Assembly: GCA_964579015.1 (NCBI GenBank)
Contig: CAZOGT010000002.1
Coordinates: forward strand, 1 to 31,118
DNA length: 31,118 bases
Reading direction: 5' to 3'
From: an uncultured Acidobacteriota bacterium
Lineage (GTDB): Bacteria; Acidobacteriota; UBA6911; RPQK01; JAPXNP01
The translations under genes were made by a program, and so were the position numbers. Positions 1-7,177 of this stretch are shown piece by piece. Position 1 is the first letter of the stretch, and every line of letters begins with the position of its first letter. Below the pieces are notes generated by a model, which worked only from the letters and a program-made list of their open reading frames with translations, searched no databases and had not been told where the DNA came from.

Positions 1-1129
1 TGATCATCGAAGACCTGGTTTTGTCCGTGGTCAACCCGTGGCAGTGGGAATCGGGACTTCCCGCTCTCTGGTAATAGACCCGGTACCCTCCGTCCCCAGA
101 GTCGAAGGAAATGGGGTCCCATGAAACCAGCACCCGGTTTTCCCCGGTTCCTTCGTAGAAAACAGTTTCAGCCGTGATATTTTCAGGCGGGAGGGTCTGG
201 GTGGAGATGAACATGTTATTGTTTTTTTCTTCAACTGCAGCCAGCACCGCGGGATCGGTTGCGTGCAGACAGTTATAAAGCAGGCTCAGTGACGGCGGGG
301 GATCAGCCAGGAAGGCGGGCAGGTCACCGGTCAAGGAATTTCCCGACAGGATCAAATATTCCAGGTTTGCCAGGTTACCCAGCTCCGGGGGAACAATTCC
401 GGAAAGGTTGTTCTGTTGAAGGTGAAGTAGTGTAAGGTTGATAAGGTTCCCCAGTTCCGGCGGTATGGGTCCGATCAGATTGTTTGCGGACAAGCTCAAC
501 TTTCTCAGCCCGCTGAGGCCGCCGAGTTCCGGGGGGATGGTCCCGGTCAGCTTATTGTTGTACAGATAGAGGTATGTAAGCTTATTCAAGGCGGAGATCC
601 CCGGGGGAATTTCACCAGTCAACTGGTTACCGTAAAGGTAGAGGACCTCAAGGTTGGACAGGTTCCCCAGTTCCGGGGGGATCGAGCCTGATAAATCGTT
701 AATATCGAGGTACAGTTTACGAAGGATGGGCATGCTGCCGAGTTCCGGAGGGATGGTCCCTGTCAGCTTATTGTTGAACAGATAGAGGAAGGTAAGCTTA
801 TTCAAGGCGGAGATCCCCGAGGGGATGGTCCCTGTCAGGTTGTTGGTGCCGAGATGGATTGAATTGACATGTCCCTCCTCAACGGTGATTCCGTACCAGT
901 CCTCTGCCGGTTCCCCTGACAGCCAGTTGGTGTTGTCGGTCCATTGGTCACCGCCGGTACTGTGGTAGATCGCATGCAGGGCATCGCACTCCGTGTCCGG
1001 AATACCCCCGCAGGTATAGGCCAGTCCGGGGGTTGCCGTAGCGAGGGCTATGGCAAAAAGCAGGGCCGGGATCCTGGAATTGATTAACGGGGGGAAAAAC
1101 ATAACCTTCGAAAAAACTCCGCTCCACAT
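1..1129 (-). CDS. Secreted leucine-rich repeat protein (plant-type 24-aa LRRs) followed by an FN3-like domain; partial, runs off the window start
   Basis: Absent from the ORF track because there is no stop in the window; translated by hand. ATG at 1129 with AGGTGA SD at 1135-1140. Hydrophobic signal (IPALLFAIALATATPGLA), N-cap (CDALHAIYHSTGGDQWTDNTNWLSG..DWYGITV), about 8 LxxLxLxxNxLTGxIPPELGxL units, then TQTLPPENITA..VLVSWDPI..GGYRVYY (FN3-like). Confidence 0.9.
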   Translation of the reverse strand, partial: MWSGVFSKVMFFPPLINSRIPALLFAIALATATPGLAYTCGGIPDTECDALHAIYHSTGGDQWTDNTNWLSGEPAEDWYGITVEEGHVNSIHLGTNNLTGTIPSGISALNKLTFLYLFNNKLTGTIPPELGSMPILRKLYLDINDLSGSIPPELGNLSNLEVLYLYGNQLTGEIPPGISALNKLTYLYLYNNKLTGTIPPELGGLSGLRKLSLSANNLIGPIPPELGNLINLTLLHLQQNNLSGIVPPELGNLANLEYLILSGNSLTGDLPAFLADPPPSLSLLYNCLHATDPAVLAAVEEKNNNMFISTQTLPPENITAETVFYEGTGENRVLVSWDPISFDSGDGGYRVYYQRAGSPDSHCHGLTTDKTRSSMI

Positions 1130-1306
1130 AATTATCACCTTTCAGCAGCCTGCGGATACGCAGGGAGAGGCGTCCATTCAGGAGGAAAAAATCAATATTC
1201 AGTGGTCCTCCACACCAAATTTTTATTTTAGACTAGGCAGTTGAGGATTACCATAAAAATCGGATATTTCCCGCCGCGCCTTCCCGGCCTTTTCGTCCGG
1301 AAGCTG

Positions 1307-1416
1307 CGTCCGTGGTGACCGTCCGTGGTGACTGTCCCCTGTAGCTGCCCTGCAGCTGCAATGGTGACTGTCCCCTGTAGATTTGCTGCAGCTGCAATGG
1401 TGACTGTCCCCTGTAG
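1307..1416. repeat. Intergenic tandem array: 3 x 19-bp core TGGTGACTGTCCCCTGTAG at 36-bp period, preceded by a 13-bp direct repeat
   Basis: Cores at 1326-1344, 1362-1380 and 1398-1416. The 17-bp linkers share CTGCAGCTGCAA. CGTCCGTGGTGAC occurs twice (1307-1319, 1320-1332). Confidence 0.95.
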
Positions 1417-1430
1417 ATTTGGCTGGTTGT

Positions 1431-1470
1431 TGTCCCTTTGGTCCCTTCAGTCCCTTTGGTCCCTGTCCCT
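1431..1470. repeat. 9-bp-period GTCCC microrepeat tract
   Basis: GTCCC at 1432, 1441, 1450, 1459 and 1465 (tgtcccttt ggtcccttc agtcccttt ggtccct gtccct). Confidence 0.85.
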
Positions 1471-1481
1471 CAAGCTCCAAG

Positions 1482-2237
1482 CTACATCCTCGGGACAACA
1501 ACCGGGTACCCGTCAACCTTCTGGATGGTGACGTGCACCTCGTAGACCTCCTCGATCATCTCGGGTGTGATTTCCTCGATATGCCCGGTGGCAAAGACGC
1601 GGTGGTCCTTGAGCAGGAGAAATCTCTGGGCGTAGCGGAGGGCGGTGTTCAGGTCATGCATGGTCGTTACCGCGGCGATGCGGTGTTCGTCCACCACCCT
1701 CCGCAGGATTTTCAGGATTTCGATCTGGTTTTTCAGGTCGAGGAAGCTGGTCGGCTCATCCAGGAGAAGAAGGTGGGGTTCCTGGACCAGGGCCCGGGCC
1801 ACTGAAACCTTCTGCAGTTCCCCGCCGCTTAGCTGGGTGACGTAGCGGAGAGAAAGATCATTGAGATGCAGCCTTCTCAGGGCCGCCTCCACGATCTTCA
1901 GGTCTTTGTCGCTGATTTTCCATTTTATGTGCGGCTTGCGCCCCATCAGCACCGCGTCGAACACGGTCAGCCAGGCCGCCTCGCTCCGCTGGGCCACGTA
2001 GCCGATGCTGCGGGCAATCTGGTTGGGCGTCATGGTCAGCACATCCCGCCCGTCCACCAGGATCCGGCCCGAGGCAGGGCGGTGAATGGCATTGATGCAT
2101 TTCAGCAGGGTGGTCTTGCCTACCCCGTTGGGACCGAGGATGGCCATCAGCTCACCGGCTGCCGCGGTAAAGCTGATATCGGCCAGGGCTGGGCGGTTGT
2201 TATAGAAAAAATTGATATTCTTGACGTCCAGGATCAT
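1482..2237 (-). CDS. Iron-siderophore/cobalamin ABC transporter ATP-binding protein (FecE/BtuD-like)
   Basis: Walker A GPNGVGKT, signature LSGGELQKV, Walker B LLLLDEPT, H-loop TMHDLN; directly downstream of the FecCD permease. Confidence 0.95.
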   Translation of the reverse strand: MILDVKNINFFYNNRPALADISFTAAAGELMAILGPNGVGKTTLLKCINAIHRPASGRILVDGRDVLTMTPNQIARSIGYVAQRSEAAWLTVFDAVLMGRKPHIKWKISDKDLKIVEAALRRLHLNDLSLRYVTQLSGGELQKVSVARALVQEPHLLLLDEPTSFLDLKNQIEILKILRRVVDEHRIAAVTTMHDLNTALRYAQRFLLLKDHRVFATGHIEEITPEMIEEVYEVHVTIQKVDGYPVVVPRM

Positions 2238-2248
2238 GTTTTAATAGC

Positions 2249-3319
2249 CTAATGTCTGTAACCCCTGATGATCAGGTAAATGAACACCGGGGCTCCGAGG
2301 AAAGCGGTCAGTATTGAAACCGGTACCACCTGCGGGGAAATGACCAGCCGGGCCGCGGTGTCGGACAGAAGCAGGAGGAGGCCTCCTCCCATTACCGAAG
2401 CGGGAAGCAGGAAACGGTGATCGGCCCCGATTATCCTCCGTACCATGTGCGGAATCACCAAACCCACAAAACCGATGATGCCGAGAAAGGAAACGATCAC
2501 CGCGGTCAGGAGTGAAGCCGAAAGCATTCCGATTATCCTGATGCGGTTGACCGGAACCCCGAGGGAGCGGGCGGTCTCGTCCCCGGTGTCAATGGCATTG
2601 TAGTTCCAGGCATTTGCGAAAAAGTAGATGCTGACCAGGACTGTCACCGCGGCGGCTATGCCCAGCTCACTCCAGTCGGCCCGCGCCGTGTCACCAAAGG
2701 TCCAGTAGACCATGGAGGCCAGTTCAACATCATCGGCAAAAAACTGCAGGAACATGGTGCCGGCGGTAAAAAGTGAGCCCATGGCAATGCCTGAAAGCAC
2801 CATGACTTCAGGAGTTGCGCCCCTGGTTTGGGAGATCATGATGATCACCACTGCGGCCAGGATACTCATCACGAAAGCCGCAAAGGTGGTCAGGTAGGAT
2901 GACCAGATGCTGCTTCCGGTTCCTGTCCCCAGGGCTTCAAGGAAGCCGCCCTGCAGCATCACCGACAGGGCCGCGCCAAAGGCGGCGGCATTGGATATGC
3001 CGAGAGTGAAAGGGGATCCCAGGGGATTGCGGAGGATTGACTGCATCACCGCGCCGGACACCGCCAGGGCGGCTCCGGCGATAATCGCGGCCAGGGCCTG
3101 GGGAAGGCGGATGTTCCAGATGATGGCGTCAAAGCGGGCTGACTGAGAAAACCCAAGCAGGGTTTTTGCCACTTCCGGCAAGGAAATTCCCGCGGCTCCC
3201 AGGGATACGGACAACATCAGAGCCGCCAGCAGAGCTAAAAAGGTCAGTCCGATAAAGACCAGTTTCCTGCCGGTATACTGCTTGTACTCCTCGGGGATCT
3301 GACCGTCATCAAAATGCAT
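2249..3319 (-). CDS. FecCD/BtuC-family ABC permease
   Basis: Multiple TM segments, with IWNIRLPQALAA, QSILRNPLGSPFTLGIS, GDETARSLGV and GIIGFVGLVIPH family motifs. Confidence 0.95.
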   Translation of the reverse strand: MHFDDGQIPEEYKQYTGRKLVFIGLTFLALLAALMLSVSLGAAGISLPEVAKTLLGFSQSARFDAIIWNIRLPQALAAIIAGAALAVSGAVMQSILRNPLGSPFTLGISNAAAFGAALSVMLQGGFLEALGTGTGSSIWSSYLTTFAAFVMSILAAVVIIMISQTRGATPEVMVLSGIAMGSLFTAGTMFLQFFADDVELASMVYWTFGDTARADWSELGIAAAVTVLVSIYFFANAWNYNAIDTGDETARSLGVPVNRIRIIGMLSASLLTAVIVSFLGIIGFVGLVIPHMVRRIIGADHRFLLPASVMGGGLLLLLSDTAARLVISPQVVPVSILTAFLGAPVFIYLIIRGYRH

Positions 3320-3336
3320 ATCTTGTGTCTTCTTAT

Positions 3337-4446
3337 CTAATCCAGGGGGATCCTGGAAAAAGCCAGTCCCCTGAACATTTCATTCATTTTATCGAACACC
3401 GGCTCGTTGACCAGGAAACTGTAGATTTCGTCAGCCTTCTCCATGGGATCTATTTCCGCGAACACCTCAGGATAGAGCAGCTTTCCGACGAAATAGCAGT
3501 CCGCAAGAATTGACCCGTAGTTCTTGGTAATCCAGGTGTAGGGCAGCACTCCGTATACATTTCCGTTTTTCACGGCCCTGAGAGTCTGGTACCCGGGATC
3601 GGTTTTCAGCTCGTGAAGGCCGCTGGTGTCGGGGGTGAGCTGGAGGGTGGAGAGGTCAAGAAAAAGGTAGTCCGGGTCCCATTCCAAAATCTGTTCCTTG
3701 GCCACCACGGCATGGCTCGTTGGCTGCAGCAACCTTGTCGACAATCCGGCGACATTCTTCACCTTAAGCAGACTGAAGGGGGGGTAGTCCGGTTCGGTCG
3801 ACTGAAAGCCGTGGGCCCCGCTATATGCAATTCCGCCGACATAGGCCGAGGGCCGGGCAGCATGTTCGATCTGGGAGACCTTTTCCTCCAGAAAGGTGAA
3901 ATGCTGTTCAAAGAAATCAATTACCTCCTCGGCCCTGGCCCTGCTGCCTGTCACATCACCCATGGTGCGAAGGGTCTGATAGAGATCGCCACGCTTGTCC
4001 GGAAGCAGGCCTCCATATTCCAGGGTAACTACCGGGATCCCGGTCTTCTGCTGCAGTTCCACCGGATCATACCCTGATCCGGGATAAGTCCTCAGAATCA
4101 CCTGGGGCTGAGGCTCAAGGGTAAGGATAACCTCCGGGTTGTCCCTGCCCCCCTGCAGCCCTGTCATCGGCAGTTCTCTGAGCCAGGGATTGGCAAAGGC
4201 GTAGGGACGGGCATCGAATACCCTCTTCCGGGTCTCTCCTTCATCCACTCCTACCAGCATGTGCTGTACCTGGAGATAGGTGAGCAGGCGGGGGCATCCT
4301 GATCCGGAGCAGACCAGGTGGGTTATCTGGTCCGGCACCTCAACCTGCCGCCCCAGGGCATCGGTGATGGTCCGGCCCAGGGCGGGCAGTGCCAGAGAGG
4401 AAAACACCAGGCCCGCGAAAAGCAGGGACATGTAGGTTTTCCTCAT
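3337..4446 (-). CDS. Periplasmic iron/cobalamin-type substrate-binding protein
   Basis: Likely start MRKTYMSLLFAGL at 4446 (the ORF-track extension to 4575 looks non-coding). Signal peptide, then RTITDALGRQVEVP, NPEVILTLEP, EQILEWDPD and AVKNGNVYGVLPY motifs typical of class III SBPs. Confidence 0.9.
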   Translation of the reverse strand: MRKTYMSLLFAGLVFSSLALPALGRTITDALGRQVEVPDQITHLVCSGSGCPRLLTYLQVQHMLVGVDEGETRKRVFDARPYAFANPWLRELPMTGLQGGRDNPEVILTLEPQPQVILRTYPGSGYDPVELQQKTGIPVVTLEYGGLLPDKRGDLYQTLRTMGDVTGSRARAEEVIDFFEQHFTFLEEKVSQIEHAARPSAYVGGIAYSGAHGFQSTEPDYPPFSLLKVKNVAGLSTRLLQPTSHAVVAKEQILEWDPDYLFLDLSTLQLTPDTSGLHELKTDPGYQTLRAVKNGNVYGVLPYTWITKNYGSILADCYFVGKLLYPEVFAEIDPMEKADEIYSFLVNEPVFDKMNEMFRGLAFSRIPLD

Positions 4447-4475
4447 ATAGTTTTTATATTTAAACATGTGATTCA

Positions 4476-4492
4476 GATAATCATACATTATC
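4476..4492. promoter_or_regulatory. Candidate Fur-family operator upstream of the metal ABC operon
   Basis: Perfect inverted repeat GATAAT-CATAC-ATTATC about 30 bp upstream of the SBP start. The half-sites equal the Fur hexamer, but the spacer is 5 bp rather than the classical 7. Confidence 0.45.
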
Positions 4493-4561
4493 CACAGCAC
4501 AGGATGCTTGTGAGAAATACGACCGACCTGCCACCTTGCCCAGTATCCATAAGCAGGATGC

Positions 4562-6997
4562 TTATTCCACGTCAATCGTCAATCCCTTCAGCCATTCGTC
4601 AGTCACCTTCCTGCCCAGCAGGAAATGCTTCCTGTCCGGGTACCAGATGACCCTGGTGCCGTCTTTTTCAGTCAGGCTGGGGTACATGGCAATGGAAGCT
4701 GTTCCCTTGGGCCCGAACACCACCCCCTCCGTATCGGCAAACATCTTCGGCCGGCTGAACCAGACCGGCTGGTGGGCCCCCGGCCGGAATTCACCGACTG
4801 AGATGAAAGAGGGGTTCCGGAGATGGTTGGACTGGTTCCGGTCCCAGTTACGGCGGAATTGGTTGTACTCTCCCTTGATTCCCGGATTGTTATTAAAGAG
4901 CAGCAGGAACCTCCCGTCTTCCAGGGCATAGATCGGGGCCGGGGCCATCGGGTGTTCCAGCGGAAGGCCGCCATCCCGGTAGCGAAGAGGCTCCGGTTTC
5001 CTCCAGGATTCCCCGTCGTCACCTGAAACAGAGTAGTAGATATAACCGGTCATGGTTCGCATGATGGTGAAGAGACGACCGTCCGGGAGCAGGGCCAGGG
5101 CCGGCTCCTGGGCCACGGAGATTTCGGGATACACCTTATGGGCGACTTCCAGGCCGGACCCGTCTTCGGGAAGCCACGTAAGTTTGAGTTCGGCAGGGTC
5201 CGGCCCTTCCGCTATATTCTCAAAGCGGATGAATGCCGACCTGCTGTCCCGGTCCAGCCAGTTTTTGTTGGGCTGGGGGATTTTAGCGTTGCTGGAGGTT
5301 CTGGTGTAGCCGACGATCCAGCGCCCGCGGCTGTCCCGGACCGGCTTCTGCCACACAATCCAGTTGGGAGGCACTTCCGGATCAGGATGGTCATACCTTT
5401 CATCCCTGGGAAAGGGGATATCTGGGCCTTCAGTCCATTCGAAACCATTGTCATCAGAGTAGAGAACGCCGATGGTTCCGGATCCCTGTCTGATGTCATA
5501 GTTTTCGATTTCCTTGGTGAAAAAGACAAAGATCCGGCCATTGTCGGCGACTACCGGGAATCCCCAGCTGGCCTGTTTCCCTTCCTTTCCGGCCGGGCAC
5601 CCGGCCAGGGTAACCGGGTCGCTCCAGCGCTCCTGGTCATAACTGCGCGCCAGGACCAGGCGGTTGTCGCCGTGGCCTTCAACACTGCTCTGGGTCCAGA
5701 GCGCCAGCAATTCGTCTGACCCGGGAGCTTCAAACACCAGAAAATGCTCATTGTCTCCGTCATGGTACCCGGTGGGAAGGAAAACGGTTATATCGGGATT
5801 GCTCCTTTTCCATTCTTCGCTCATCAGGGCCGATTCCTCTGCGGGGAGCAGCACCGGCCTCAGGATGTCGAACATGGCCCGGGCCTGGCGCATGAATCCG
5901 AGGTCTGTGGGGTGGGAGGCGTCCACGGTTCCTTCGTTATCGTGTCCGAGAAGCAAATTGCCTTCCAGGTAATAGAGTTCCCGAAAGCCCTGGTCTAGCA
6001 GGGATTGGAAGGCCTTTCGGTACTCGGCCTGGCTCTTGATGTTCCTGGCGCGCTTTTCAGGAAAGAGGTAGGCATTGGAGTATTCACGGTCCTCGACCAT
6101 CAGGATCGGGGTTTCGGGGTGTTTTTCCCTCAGTTTTTTTACGAAGGGTTCAGTACGTTCCCTGACCATTTCCCATTCCATGTTGGGCAGGCAGTCCAGC
6201 ACAAAGACCGCCGGGTCCAACTCCGCTACCAGGTCCGCCATCTCCGGCTCCATTCTTCCATTACCTGAAAATCCGAGGTTGATAAGGGGCATGTTGAACC
6301 AGCGCTGCAGGATGGAGGGGTGGCACATCCCGGGGCGGGAAGCGCTGGCCCCGTGAGTAATGGAGGTCCCGTAAAAAAGTATCGGCTTCTCCCCTTTTTC
6401 TCGCCAGGGGCCGGCTTCCCATAACTCAGCCCCTTCATTGAGGCCCAGTTCGACCCGGCTGACTCCGTTGTAGAGAGGCAGGTAGAGGAGAAAAGTCCTC
6501 CTGGCCGGAGAGAGGCCTTCGGCCAGCGAGGCGGTATTGACCGGGAACTCACCAGGCTTGGTCGCTGCAACCCATCGCCAGCTCTGGTCCTCCATCTGCA
6601 TGTAGAGGTCCAGGCCGCTGACGCTCGCCGGGTTCATGTGGGGCATACCCAGGCTTTCCCTGGTGAGGGTCCAGCGGGCCCTGATATCAGAGGCGTCGGT
6701 TATGAACCTTACGCACATGCCGGCGCTCTGCAGGCTCAGGTTCCAAACCGCTTCCCTGACAATACCCTCAGCCCGGGCAGGAAGGCGGTTGTAGAATTCC
6801 GGAGTATCGTCCCAGCCCCGGCCCTCTACGTTCAGGGACCGTATGTCGTGCCAGAGGACCCTGTCATCGCCGGTTTCCCCTGCAGTCGGGAGGGCCTGCC
6901 GGTTCGAGGATTGAGCTGTTGCGGGCGAAGCTGCCCAAGGCTGTACCATGAGCAGGATCATAACGGGAAGAAAATTTACTGATGAAATTTTACGCAT
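4562..6997 (-). CDS. SGNH/GDSL esterase (with GxDLY N-terminal domain) fused to a C-terminal BNR/Asp-box (sialidase-like) beta-propeller; secreted
   Basis: GGAGG SD at 7008-7012 favours ATG 6997. Signal peptide. SGLDLY; SGNH blocks YGTSIT, GFSGNG, LDCLPN, DASHP. Asp-boxes SYDQERWS, SDDNGFEW, SGDDGESW. Confidence 0.85.
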   Translation of the reverse strand: MRKISSVNFLPVMILLMVQPWAASPATAQSSNRQALPTAGETGDDRVLWHDIRSLNVEGRGWDDTPEFYNRLPARAEGIVREAVWNLSLQSAGMCVRFITDASDIRARWTLTRESLGMPHMNPASVSGLDLYMQMEDQSWRWVAATKPGEFPVNTASLAEGLSPARRTFLLYLPLYNGVSRVELGLNEGAELWEAGPWREKGEKPILFYGTSITHGASASRPGMCHPSILQRWFNMPLINLGFSGNGRMEPEMADLVAELDPAVFVLDCLPNMEWEMVRERTEPFVKKLREKHPETPILMVEDREYSNAYLFPEKRARNIKSQAEYRKAFQSLLDQGFRELYYLEGNLLLGHDNEGTVDASHPTDLGFMRQARAMFDILRPVLLPAEESALMSEEWKRSNPDITVFLPTGYHDGDNEHFLVFEAPGSDELLALWTQSSVEGHGDNRLVLARSYDQERWSDPVTLAGCPAGKEGKQASWGFPVVADNGRIFVFFTKEIENYDIRQGSGTIGVLYSDDNGFEWTEGPDIPFPRDERYDHPDPEVPPNWIVWQKPVRDSRGRWIVGYTRTSSNAKIPQPNKNWLDRDSRSAFIRFENIAEGPDPAELKLTWLPEDGSGLEVAHKVYPEISVAQEPALALLPDGRLFTIMRTMTGYIYYSVSGDDGESWRKPEPLRYRDGGLPLEHPMAPAPIYALEDGRFLLLFNNNPGIKGEYNQFRRNWDRNQSNHLRNPSFISVGEFRPGAHQPVWFSRPKMFADTEGVVFGPKGTASIAMYPSLTEKDGTRVIWYPDRKHFLLGRKVTDEWLKGLTIDVE

Positions 6998-7054
6998 TGT
7001 ATTGAGTCCTCCGGACAAAACTTCGGAAATTGGAAAATGGAACCGTTAACCCTA

Positions 7055-7083
7055 TTTATAGCCTCTGCTTCCCTGGCAGTAAA
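7055..7083 (-). promoter_or_regulatory. Possible sigma70 promoter for the SGNH-BNR gene
   Basis: TTTACT-N17-TATAAA on the minus strand, about 60 bp upstream of the start. Confidence 0.35.
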
Positions 7084-7177
7084 GAAGGAAATAGTGCTGC
7101 AGCCGAAGTCGCCCGGAAAGATTATTGATGAAATTCTCCGGGCAATCGAATAACATTCCTGCTACAGGAGGATTTTT

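Noticed and set aside
1135-1164. CAGGCTGCTGAAA (minus strand) resembling an IS-end scar, plus the hairpin CCTGCG-GATA-CGCAGG
   Set aside because: Too short, with no partner end or transposase. It may just be a 5' UTR hairpin.
1326-1416. CRISPR mini-array (also considered for 13655-13725)
   Set aside because: The repeat is only 19 bp, the spacers are 17 or 7 bp and near-identical within each array, and there are no cas genes.
1223-1516. His/Cys-rich ORF (TGDSHHCSC repeats) as a metal-binding peptide after the ABC operon
   Set aside because: It is simply the translation of the DNA repeat, which recurs at 13.6 kb with a non-triplet period. It also has a TTG start with no properly spaced SD and overlaps the ATPase.
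4447-4561. Cobalamin riboswitch upstream of the BtuFCD-like operon
   Set aside because: Only about 115 bp are available and there are no B12-box motifs.
7111-7143. GCCCGGA-N19-TCCGGGC inverted repeat upstream of GH36
   Set aside because: A 7-bp GC-rich inverted repeat is plausible by chance, and no regulator is nearby.
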